Source: Ostreococcus lucimarinus (Eukaryota). Taken from it: DNA of 64,000 bases. The DNA lies in assembly GCA_000092065.1 (NCBI GenBank), contig CP000584.1, one strand, 5' to 3'. The position numbers and the translations under genes are program-made. Below the pieces are notes generated by a model, which did not search any database, had not been told where the DNA came from, and saw only the letters and a program-made list of their open reading frames with translations. Each line of letters starts with the position of its first letter. Position 1 is the stretch's first letter. Positions 21,767 through 30,053 of the stretch are shown piece after piece.

Positions 21767-24352
21767 TTAGTTGTGGAACATCGGCGAAAGTGGCGCGCGG
21801 TCTCGGCTTCGGCCAGCCGACGAGCGCCTGGGAGATGGCTCGTACGCCTTCGAGCCTCTCATAGGATTCGGCGAATATTGCGCGAATTGCGCCTTGGCTT
21901 CGGCGATGCCCTCACTCAAATCGTGGCTCGCTCGAAGGATTTCGTCCTGCGCCGCCATCTCGCGCGCAGCTGCGCTGTGGAACGTCGTCCCACCAACGGC
22001 TGCCTTCGCGGCGGCTTGCGTTGCAGGAGAGTTACCGCTCGATGCCTCGAGCTGCGAGTGGATCGATGCAAACTTGGACTGTATGTGCTCCATTTGCTCG
22101 AGCTCGCTCTCAAGCTTGTGACGACGAGACTCGAGCGCGCTTCGGACGCTCTTGACGTCGAAGACGGAGTCGAGACTAATCTCAAACGCGTCTTCCATCT
22201 CGTTGCGCAAAAAACTATTGAAGTCGTTCAGCAGAGGCATAAGGAAGAAGCAGTTGAACTTGAGCTCGACCGACTGAACGATGTGTGCGCGAATACCGGA
22301 GAAGATTTGACGAACCAACATGTCAACAATATCCACCGTGACCGACTTCATCGTTCTGTTCCAGAGCGTGTTTTCAACCAAATCCGTGAGCTTGCAGTTC
22401 TTCAACTCCTTATCCGACATCACGAGCTCGCCACCGGAGCGGCGCTTTTCGTCTTTCGCGTCATGTTCGCCTTCATGCGGCGCCAAGACGTTTCGTAGAC
22501 CAGCCTTGTTTCCAGAGTGCAACGACCAAGTGACGAACTGAGTCGTAGACTTGAGGTCTTCGTGGCACTTTTCTTGGCATTCCTTGACTCGGTCGTCCAC
22601 GAATCGAGCGAAAGTGCCGCCAATCTTCTTCAAGAAGACTTCGTGCCCGTTCAAAATTCGTCCCTCCTTTTGCAAAAGGTACATGGCCACAGGCAAAGTT
22701 CGTCGCGCGATGTGAGACAGACGGAAGCCGAGTTGGTGCACGAAGGGCTCAAACGTTTCTCGAGCCCGAGCGATGGCAATGACGCACGCAGTGCGCGTGT
22801 AATTGACACCGTTGTGGATTTCATCAACACCGCACGAGTTGACGATATCTTCTCGGCTCACCGGCGGGCACTCCACGGCGTTGACGATTAAGCGGAACTC
22901 TTCGAGGGCTCGATGGTATTGCGCGCCACCGAAGAGCCGCATATCGGCGTTTGGCACGGGTTGCTGCGGCATGCAAGGTCGACCGTCCGCGTTCACGAAC
23001 GCGCCGCCACGAATGTGCTCGTGCGCGAGAGACTCGCCAAAGATGCGCGGCGGCGCGGCGAGCGTACCTCGGACAATCTCCGGAATCTTTTCCAAAAAGT
23101 GCTGATAAAAGGCGCGACCCTTCTCCTTGAGGTGATCTTGGTTCAAGTCCGCCAACTCTTGCACGGTTTCAGAGAGCTTGCTCGTGGCGATGCGATGCTC
23201 GCGTTCGAGCACGGGAACAATCGTGGGAACGTTCTCCAAGTATCGCTGCTGCAACAATCGCTCGAGGAAAAATCGCAGTTGGCTCACGCCGATGCGGCCG
23301 CGCTCGTGCGAAGACAGGTGACGATCCAAGCGGCGCTCGAGTTCGGCGATATCGTGTTGCTCGCGCTCGAGAACGGCCTCCCGATAGTGATCGTTCGAGC
23401 GATACTTCGAATCTCGTGCGAGTCCAACGCGGCCAGAGGGCACGGAGGAAAAGAACGGACCACCACCCAAGACGGTCGGCTCGAGTAGACGCGCCGGCGG
23501 GTGCAAGAACATTTCGACGTCTTGCGAGTGAGAAAATTGCGGGATTCGCGTGTCGAACTTGGTGCTCACCACGACGGTACGTCGCAGCTCGGGATCGGCT
23601 TCGAGAACCAATCGCCGAGTGGTGGCGTTGGACCAATCTGAGCTGTCTTCCAGGCACAAGATGATGTAGTCTCGCTGGTGCATCTTTTGCTTGACTAAAT
23701 CCTCCACCAAGCGCGCAGACTGTTGCAAACCAGAAAACTTTCGGCCCGGCGCGGCGGAGATCAAACCGGGGGTATCGATGATGGTGAGGTTCGGGCAATA
23801 CTTATACTCGATCTTCACGACGATGTCCTTCGCCCAAAACCCGTTCTCGTTTTCCAATCGTCTGTTTTCGCCTTCAATGTGCGCCTGCAACTCGGGAAGC
23901 GAGAGCTCGTCCTCGCGCCCAAGATTGTCGTCCTTCATCAAAAAGCACCTCGGCTCCACGGCGGAAGGGTTGTACTTCATGTTGATCGCGATTGGACGCC
24001 TCGTCTTCGTTCCACCACCGACGTGGTTGAACTGGAACCCCATCAACGCCTCCACGAGCGCCGACTTTCCATCCGTCTGGTGTCCGACGACGAGAATCGC
24101 CGGCGAATCAAACGGCTTATCAAACTCTTGCGCCATCGTGTGCAACTGCGAATACGCCTCGTACAACCGCTCGTTCGCCTTGTTAAAGAACCGCTTGGGA
24201 GATGCCCGTCCATCGTCTTGACTCGAATCCACCGCTTGTCCGTGCGCCCAATACGCCGGCTTCGCCGCCGTCCCCGGCGCCGCGCGTCGCTCCGTCTCCC
24301 GCTCGTACCTCGCACCCCCGTACGAAGATTCGCGCGCCTGCGTGTGAACCAC
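21767..24352 (-). CDS. ARC5: Dynamin-related protein 5B (ARC5, plastid-division dynamin). The N-terminus is unresolved.
   Basis: 861-aa ORF. Strong similarity across the GTPase domain and beyond to Arabidopsis ARC5 as recalled: LYEAYSQLHTMAQEFDKPFDSPAILVVGHQTDGKSALVEALMGFQFNHVGGGTKTRRPI, then CPNLTIIDTPGLI, ILCLEDSSDWSNATTRRLV, VVSTKFDTRIPQF, MRLFGGAQYHRALEEFR and VFLKK. Codon 1 of the ORF is GTG. The first in-frame ATG (..HTMAQEF) falls inside the conserved N-terminal block, so either a non-AUG start or an upstream 5' exon (acceptor ..CACGCAG|GCG at about 24337) is implied. Confidence 0.85.
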   Translation of the reverse strand: MVHTQARESSYGGARYERETERRAAPGTAAKPAYWAHGQAVDSSQDDGRASPKRFFNKANERLYEAYSQLHTMAQEFDKPFDSPAILVVGHQTDGKSALVEALMGFQFNHVGGGTKTRRPIAINMKYNPSAVEPRCFLMKDDNLGREDELSLPELQAHIEGENRRLENENGFWAKDIVVKIEYKYCPNLTIIDTPGLISAAPGRKFSGLQQSARLVEDLVKQKMHQRDYIILCLEDSSDWSNATTRRLVLEADPELRRTVVVSTKFDTRIPQFSHSQDVEMFLHPPARLLEPTVLGGGPFFSSVPSGRVGLARDSKYRSNDHYREAVLEREQHDIAELERRLDRHLSSHERGRIGVSQLRFFLERLLQQRYLENVPTIVPVLEREHRIATSKLSETVQELADLNQDHLKEKGRAFYQHFLEKIPEIVRGTLAAPPRIFGESLAHEHIRGGAFVNADGRPCMPQQPVPNADMRLFGGAQYHRALEEFRLIVNAVECPPVSREDIVNSCGVDEIHNGVNYTRTACVIAIARARETFEPFVHQLGFRLSHIARRTLPVAMYLLQKEGRILNGHEVFLKKIGGTFARFVDDRVKECQEKCHEDLKSTTQFVTWSLHSGNKAGLRNVLAPHEGEHDAKDEKRRSGGELVMSDKELKNCKLTDLVENTLWNRTMKSVTVDIVDMLVRQIFSGIRAHIVQSVELKFNCFFLMPLLNDFNSFLRNEMEDAFEISLDSVFDVKSVRSALESRRHKLESELEQMEHIQSKFASIHSQLEASSGNSPATQAAAKAAVGGTTFHSAAAREMAAQDEILRASHDLSEGIAEAKAQFAQYSPNPMRGSKAYEPSPRRSSAGRSRDRAPLSPMFHN

Positions 24353-24981
24353 CGCGCATCATTCGTCAGTCTCGTTCTCCGTCCTCGAATCACCCGCGCG
24401 CGTCTCCGACCTCGCGTCTCCGCGCCCGTCCGCCCGAATCCTCTGAATTCGACCGTTTAAAAACCGTTTCGAAATCCCGCGTCGCCCTCGACCCGTTCGC
24501 GCGCGCGCGCGCGACGTCCCGCGCACCTCCTCCCGTCGCGCCGACGCTCGATCGACGACGTTCACGCTCGCCTCCCCGAACGCCTTCTGCAACCACCGCT
24601 CGGCGGACGCCCCCGACGCCGCGGGCGAGTGTCGCGCCGACGACCCCGGCGGGCTCATCGCGTTTGAATCTCCGATCGCCTCTCGCGCGCGTTCGCGGTC
24701 GCGTCCGACGCGCGTCGCGTCGCGCTCGCGGGTCGACGCGCGCGGTAAAAACTCGCGCGTCGTTTCGCTCGCTCGCGGCGCGCGGCGAGCGGTCGCGCGG
24801 GACGGTGTGCGGCGCGGGCGCGCGGCCGCGGCGCGCGTCTCACGGGGGTCAACGCGGGACGGGGTTTTATACCAAGGCGCGCGCGTCGTGACTGTGACTG
24901 TTTGCCCACACGACGCACGACGTCGCGACCGCGTTATCCGAATCGCGCGCGCGCGCGGTCGCACTCCGCGGCGACGAGACG

Positions 24982-26724
24982 ATGTTCGCGGTGCAGCGCG
25001 CGCCCGCGCGCGCGCTCGCGAAGAGCGCGCGCGGCGACAGGTGCGCGGCGCGGCGCGGCGCAGCGCGCGACGCGCGACGCGCGAACGCGAGACGCGAGAC
25101 GCGACGATCGAACGGCGAGGTCAAAAGCGTCGCGCGACGGGACGGCGACGGCGCGGCGACGACGCGCGAGGCGAGGGGCGAAGAAAAAACGACGAGCGAG
25201 GACTGACGAAAGGCGACTCGACGACGCAGACGCGCGAGAAGCGCGCGACGAAGCGCGGTGGTGCGCGCGGCGGAGAAGTCGTACGACTACGACTTGGTGA
25301 TCATCGGCGCGGGCGTCGGCGGACACGGCGCGGCGATGCACGCGGTGTCGCGAGGGATGAAGACGGCGATCATCGAGGGCGATGTGATCGGAGGGACGTG
25401 TGTGAATCGAGGGTGCGTGCCGTCGAAGGCGCTGCTCGCGGCGTCTGGACGCGTGCGGGAGATGCGCAACGCGGAGCACTTGCGCTCGCTCGGTATCCAG
25501 TTGGATCCGAGCGCGGTGAGCTTTGATCGTCAAGGCATCGCCGATCACGCCACGAATTTGGCGTCGACGATCCGGGGTAACTTGGAACGTTCGTTGATCG
25601 GGCTTGGGGTTGAAATTTTGACCGGGGCGGCGAAGATTGAGGACAACCACACAGTTTCCTACGGCGCGCCGGGCACGGTCACCGGGGGGAGAGTGACGGC
25701 GAAGAACATCATCATCGCCACCGGTTCCACGCCGTTCGTGCCGCCGGGCATCGAAGTCGACCACAAGACGGTGTTCACCTCCGATGCGGGTTTGAAGCTC
25801 GACTGGGTCCCGGAATGGGTCGCCATAATCGGTTCCGGTTACATCGGTTTGGAATTCTCCGACGTGTACACCGCGCTCGGCTCCGACGTCACCTTCATCG
25901 AAGCCATGCCTAACATCATGCCGGGTTTCGACAAGGAGATCGCTAAGATGGCGGAACGTATTTTGATTACCCCGCGTAACATCGACTACGTCACCAACGT
26001 GTTGGCGACCAAGGTCACGCCGGGTATCCCGGGCGAAAAGCCGGTGACGATTGAGCTCACCGACTTCAAGACGAAGGAAGTCGTCGACACTATGGAAGTC
26101 GACGCCGTCTTGGTTGCCACCGGTCGTTCTCCGTACACCGCTGGCTTGAACGTCGAAAGCATCGGCGTCGAGCTCCAACGCGGCTTTATCCCGGTCAACG
26201 AAAAGATGCAAGTGTTGGACAAGGATGGCAAGGTTGTCGAGGGCATGTGGTGCATCGGCGACGCCAATGGTAAGATGATGTTGGCGCACGCGGCGAGCGC
26301 CCAGGGTATTAGCGCGATCGAGAACATGCACGGTAACGAGCACGTCCTCAACCACCTCTCCGTTCCGGCCGCATGCTTCACTCACCCCGAAGTGTCCTTC
26401 GTCGGTTTGACTGAGGAGCAGGCTCGCGCCAAGGGTGAGGAGGAAGGCTTCGAAGTCGCCGTCCGCAAGACGTCGTTCAAGGCCAACTCCAAGGCGCTCG
26501 CTGAGAAGGAAGGTGAGGGTATGGCTAAGTTGATTTACAACCCGAAGACGAACGAGATCTTGGGTATGTGGATCATGGGCTTGCACGCCGCGGATTTGAT
26601 TCACGAAGCGTCCAACGCCATCTCCACAGGCGCCACTTTGGACGACTTGAAGTTCACCGTGCACGCCCACCCGACGCTTTCCGAAGTCATCGAATCTCTC
26701 TTGCGAGGCTCGGACGGGCACTAA
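24982..26724 (+). CDS. Dihydrolipoamide dehydrogenase (E3; plastid or cyanobacterial-type LPD). Proposed exons: 24982..25040 (presequence) and 25230..26724. The core ORF 25258..26724 is certain.
   Basis: Core: FAD/NAD Rossmann motif [17 protein letters not shown], redox disulfide [17 protein letters not shown]-terminal HAHPTLSE. The track's first codon at 25258 is GTG. ATG 24982 ([19 protein letters not shown], transit-peptide-like) is in the same frame but separated by a TGA. A 189-nt GT..AG intron (donor GACAG|GTGCGCGG at 25041, acceptor CGACGCAG| at 25229) would join it in frame. This is inference only. Confidence 0.8.
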
Positions 26725-26767
26725 GTATGTCGAGTTGTGAATACCAATACAAAATTCATTATTACAA

Positions 26768-27085
26768 TCAGTAGAAGTCCTTCAACTGCTCACGCAATTT
26801 ATCTATGTCGCCGTAAATGTCGACGTCCTCCGATTCGAGCGCCACGCTAATCGTGCGATTGGGCGTCAACGTCCCCGGTGCGCCCGGTTGATTTTCAGCC
26901 ATGGGCCGACCAAAGTGTATGTGCCACAACGCTCGTCCAGCGTCGCTCTCAGAGAGCCACTCGGCGATCTCCTTTACGCGGTCCTTTTGCGCTTGATTCA
27001 TAAACGGTTCGGCGTCCTGAGAGGGAACAAAGTCAGTCACCAATGTCGATCGCGCGCGGTAAGTTCGCGAAAAATACATCAACAT
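26768..27085 (-). CDS. Hypothetical 105-aa protein. It may be a separate small gene or part of the upstream gene.
   Basis: ORF with a non-low-complexity, acidic composition (..EPFMNQAQKDRVKEIAEWLSESDAGRALWHIHFGRP..DKLREQLKDFY). It sits 38 bp downstream of the 27124..27846 ORF in another frame. No convincing splice was found that links them. Confidence 0.3.
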   Translation of the reverse strand: MLMYFSRTYRARSTLVTDFVPSQDAEPFMNQAQKDRVKEIAEWLSESDAGRALWHIHFGRPMAENQPGAPGTLTPNRTISVALESEDVDIYGDIDKLREQLKDFY

Positions 27086-27123
27086 CGCCTAGCATCGTCT
27101 CATTCAATGGTATTCATTTCTCT

Positions 27124-27846
27124 TCAATGACTTTCAGATCCGAAAGATGGTGTTTTTGAAGGTGTATAATCATCGACGACGCTCGGTCGAAGGCGCGGAC
27201 AAAAAAACGTTTGCGCAAACAGACCACTCACCGTAAGCTTTGCAAAAGTCTCGATCGTTTCCCCCGACGGTACCGAGCCAAACTCTTTCATGTATCCGAA
27301 CACATCACACGTCGCGTCGTACGCCTTCTCCTCCAATCGTCGCGTCGCCAACGCGACGAACCAATTACTCGTCAGCACCTCGTCGCCGCGCTCGCGTCCG
27401 CCCGCCTTGACAAACTCCACAATCTCCCTCGCCAGATCCCACTGCTCCATCCGCCCCACCCCCACGAGCACGCTCTTATATCCATCCAGCTCCATGTTTC
27501 CCTTGACCTTATTCAGCAGGACGTCCGCCTTCAATCCTCGTCGATGATTTCTCAGCAGCGCCAGCATGAGCTCGCTCAAAAACTTTTCATCCAGCGGCTT
27601 TTTCCCGACGCTGTACGTTCCTCCCTCGTCGCGCGCGTCCGCGTACTCGCGCCACCGCTCCGCCGCTGGTTCGGTCTTGGCCCACCTCGCGTAATCGTCC
27701 TCGCTCGCCGTCTCCGCGACGGCGTCGATGTCGTCGAATCCGCGTCGGCGCGCGCGCGACGCGCGCCGGCGGCGGCGCGTGGAATCGCGACGATGCGCGC
27801 GCGCGCGCGCCGGCGCGGACACCGCGCGCGAGATCGCGACGCGCAT
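27124..27846 (-). CDS. Hypothetical protein with a helical-repeat (TPR/PPR-like) C-terminal half
   Basis: 240-aa ORF: Arg-rich N-terminus, then LLNKVKGNMELDGYKSVLVGVGRMEQWDLAREIVEFVKAGG...VFGYMKEFGSVPSGETIETFAKL, which looks repeat-like. I recognise no family. Confidence 0.5.
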   Translation of the reverse strand: MRVAISRAVSAPARARAHRRDSTRRRRRASRARRRGFDDIDAVAETASEDDYARWAKTEPAAERWREYADARDEGGTYSVGKKPLDEKFLSELMLALLRNHRRGLKADVLLNKVKGNMELDGYKSVLVGVGRMEQWDLAREIVEFVKAGGRERGDEVLTSNWFVALATRRLEEKAYDATCDVFGYMKEFGSVPSGETIETFAKLTVSGLFAQTFFCPRLRPSVVDDYTPSKTPSFGSESH

Positions 27847-27922
27847 GACGTCGCGCGGCGTCGCTCGCGAGCGATGCGCGCGCGTCGGCGTCGCGCGCGC
27901 GAGTGACGAATCACACCGAACG

Positions 27923-27942
27923 AAATCAAATCAAATCAAATC
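27923..27942. repeat. (AAATC)4 microsatellite in the intergenic 3' or 5' region
   Basis: cgAAATCAAATCAAATCAAATCgac between the 27124..27846 gene start and the 3' end of the sulfotransferase-like gene. Confidence 0.9.
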
Positions 27943-27983
27943 GACGACGTCGTTACAGTTGCGCAGTCGCGCCGTCGCGCTCG

Positions 27984-30053
27984 TCAGAGGAAAAAGGATT
28001 GAAGAAAACCGCGAACGTCTGGAATCGAGCGCTCGCGCGTCGTGGAGTCGTCGGAATCGAGGGAAATGTCCGTGGTCTCGCGCGCGCGAGCCCAGGCGTA
28101 GAGCTTGCGATCGAGCCAATCGGCCTCCTGGGCGTCGGCGTGGGCGCGAACGACGGCGTCGACGGCGGCGGCTTCGGCGCGGGAGTAATCGCTCACGTGA
28201 CGCATGGACGCCTCGAGCGATGCGGTGGTGGCTTCGCTCGGGACGCTGAAAAACGCCGTGACGGCGTGAACCACCGCTTTGGGGTGCTCCAAGGTGAAGA
28301 ACCAGTCGAAGTTGCGCAGGAGGAGGTCGGCGGTGGTCGAGAAAACATCCGGCAAAGACGCGGTTTCGCTCGTTAAACGCGCGGGTAGAATGGACGTCGC
28401 GTCCTTCGTACCCGCGTTTGCGAGCAGAAAACGGGCCTGTGCGTTCGATGCGAGAGGCTCGGATGCATTTCTCGCGACGACGTCGCTCATATCGCGAAGA
28501 AGAGGTTCTCGCATCACCGTGAACGACTTCAGCTCGCATCGACGAAGCTTGGCGCGTTTGCGCAGCGACGCCAGCCTTTCCTCCATACCTAACAACCCCG
28601 ATCGACCGACGTGATGAGCGATGACGTGATTTCCGGGGTTGAGAACGCGATCTGTCACGCGTTTCCAGTGCTCATCTTCGTCGAGCGCTTGTAATTGTGC
28701 GAGATCCGATCCCTCCTTCGCGTACTTTGAGCGCTCGAATCGTTGAACGTCTACGCCGAGACGCGAAAAGAAGGTAAGCAACGTTCCGCCGCCCGTGCGA
28801 GGAATGTGGTAAAAGTACAGAATCTTGCACGATCTTTGGCCACCCAGCAGTGGTGTAGCGGCGTCTTCACTGCTATTGCTGTAGTAACGCCGACGCAAAA
28901 TATTCAGCCCCTCGAGTGACGCCTTACTTGAAAGCGACGACGCAACGCCGATCTCACGAGTCGCCCGTGAGTCGCCTTGACCGTTTTGGAAAACATGATC
29001 GCCGTAATCCGCGATAAAATCGGCGTTGCTAATCAAGTCATCCCTCCACATTGCCTCGACGCGCTGCAAATGCTCGTGACGACTCTTCTTCGGCGTGCCC
29101 CCAGGTGTTGGGCCTTTCTCCTTGACGTGACGAGTCGCCTGCGTCGTGGAAGAACGCTCCTTCACCGGTCGATCCGCCTTCGACTTTCCGCGCATCATCA
29201 TTTTTCTATGTCCCACCGCGGCCGTGTCCGCCTCTTGTCTCTCCTTCAAAGCTGCGCGCGCTCGGCGCAAGGACCGCAACAACTTTTCCGTCCCGCCGAC
29301 GTCGCCGTCGTCGTCGCGACCCCCACCCAAATGCGCCACTCGCATCACGCCCGCTTCATCATCTTTGACGTACTCCATGACATCTTCCAAGAACTCCGTG
29401 CCGTTCTCGCCGCCGATATCGTAAACGCGCTGCGGCCGTCCCTCGAGCTCGCTTCTAATCGCGTTGCCGATCGCCCGAGCGCGAAAACTATCAACCAGCT
29501 CCATCGTCCCTCTCGCCTCGCTCGCGCCGACGCCGAGCGACGTGAGCGGCGAACGCGCGCTCGACGTCCGCGCCGATCGCGCCGGCGCGCCGTCGCCGCG
29601 TTCGCGCGCACCGTCGAGAACCATCGCGTAACACCCAAGCGTTAGGAGCACCAAACCACCGACCGAGCGAAACGTCGCGCTCGTCGCGCGCGCGCGCGTC
29701 GCGCGCGCGTCGTCATCGCGCGCGTCGTCGCTTCGCGCCAAGAGCGCGGTGTCGTCGCGCGGCGCGCCGCCGGCGGCGACGACCGCCATGACGCGTCGCC
29801 GAGTGACGCCAGTGCGCGCCGACCGCGGCGGCGCGTCGACGTCGAGCGGCGGCGAGCGCGCGTCGACGTCGCGAGCGCGTTGCGTTCGAGCGGTCGACGA
29901 CGCCATGGCGTCGACGGCGCGCGTGCGGCGTCGCGCGAGCGTCATCTTGACGATGACGCTCGCGCTGATGACTGTCCGCGCGGACGCGAAATCGCAAATC
30001 ACGCGCACGCTGCGCATGCGAACCGCGGACGCGCGCGCGCTGACGAGAGACAC
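27984..30053 (-). CDS. Type II membrane sulfotransferase-like protein (Golgi Sulfotransfer_2-like); probable start Met at 29789
   Basis: 689-aa ORF with one predicted N-terminal TM helix (VGGLVLLTLGCYAMVL). It carries a 5'-PSB-like motif ILYFYHIPRTGGGTL, as in Golgi carbohydrate sulfotransferases (hIPKtGGT). The first ~88 codons overlap the PAM start region on the other strand and are likely not translated. Confidence 0.5.
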   Translation of the reverse strand: MSLVSARASAVRMRSVRVICDFASARTVISASVIVKMTLARRRTRAVDAMASSTARTQRARDVDARSPPLDVDAPPRSARTGVTRRRVMAVVAAGGAPRDDTALLARSDDARDDDARATRARATSATFRSVGGLVLLTLGCYAMVLDGARERGDGAPARSARTSSARSPLTSLGVGASEARGTMELVDSFRARAIGNAIRSELEGRPQRVYDIGGENGTEFLEDVMEYVKDDEAGVMRVAHLGGGRDDDGDVGGTEKLLRSLRRARAALKERQEADTAAVGHRKMMMRGKSKADRPVKERSSTTQATRHVKEKGPTPGGTPKKSRHEHLQRVEAMWRDDLISNADFIADYGDHVFQNGQGDSRATREIGVASSLSSKASLEGLNILRRRYYSNSSEDAATPLLGGQRSCKILYFYHIPRTGGGTLLTFFSRLGVDVQRFERSKYAKEGSDLAQLQALDEDEHWKRVTDRVLNPGNHVIAHHVGRSGLLGMEERLASLRKRAKLRRCELKSFTVMREPLLRDMSDVVARNASEPLASNAQARFLLANAGTKDATSILPARLTSETASLPDVFSTTADLLLRNFDWFFTLEHPKAVVHAVTAFFSVPSEATTASLEASMRHVSDYSRAEAAAVDAVVRAHADAQEADWLDRKLYAWARARETTDISLDSDDSTTRERSIPDVRGFLQSFFL

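Noticed and set aside
24934-26721. 595-aa minus-strand ORF, the longest unassigned ORF in the window
   Set aside because: It is exactly antisense to the dihydrolipoamide dehydrogenase CDS. Its composition is almost entirely Arg/Ala/Gly/Asp/His with no recognisable domain. The sense strand carries unmistakable LPD motifs. This is a GC-rich shadow ORF.
26768-27846. Attempt to merge ORF 27124..27846 and ORF 26768..27085 into one spliced gene
   Set aside because: No donor/acceptor pair restores the frame. The only GT after the upstream ORF body gives a 43-nt intron and an immediate stop. They were left as separate low-confidence calls.
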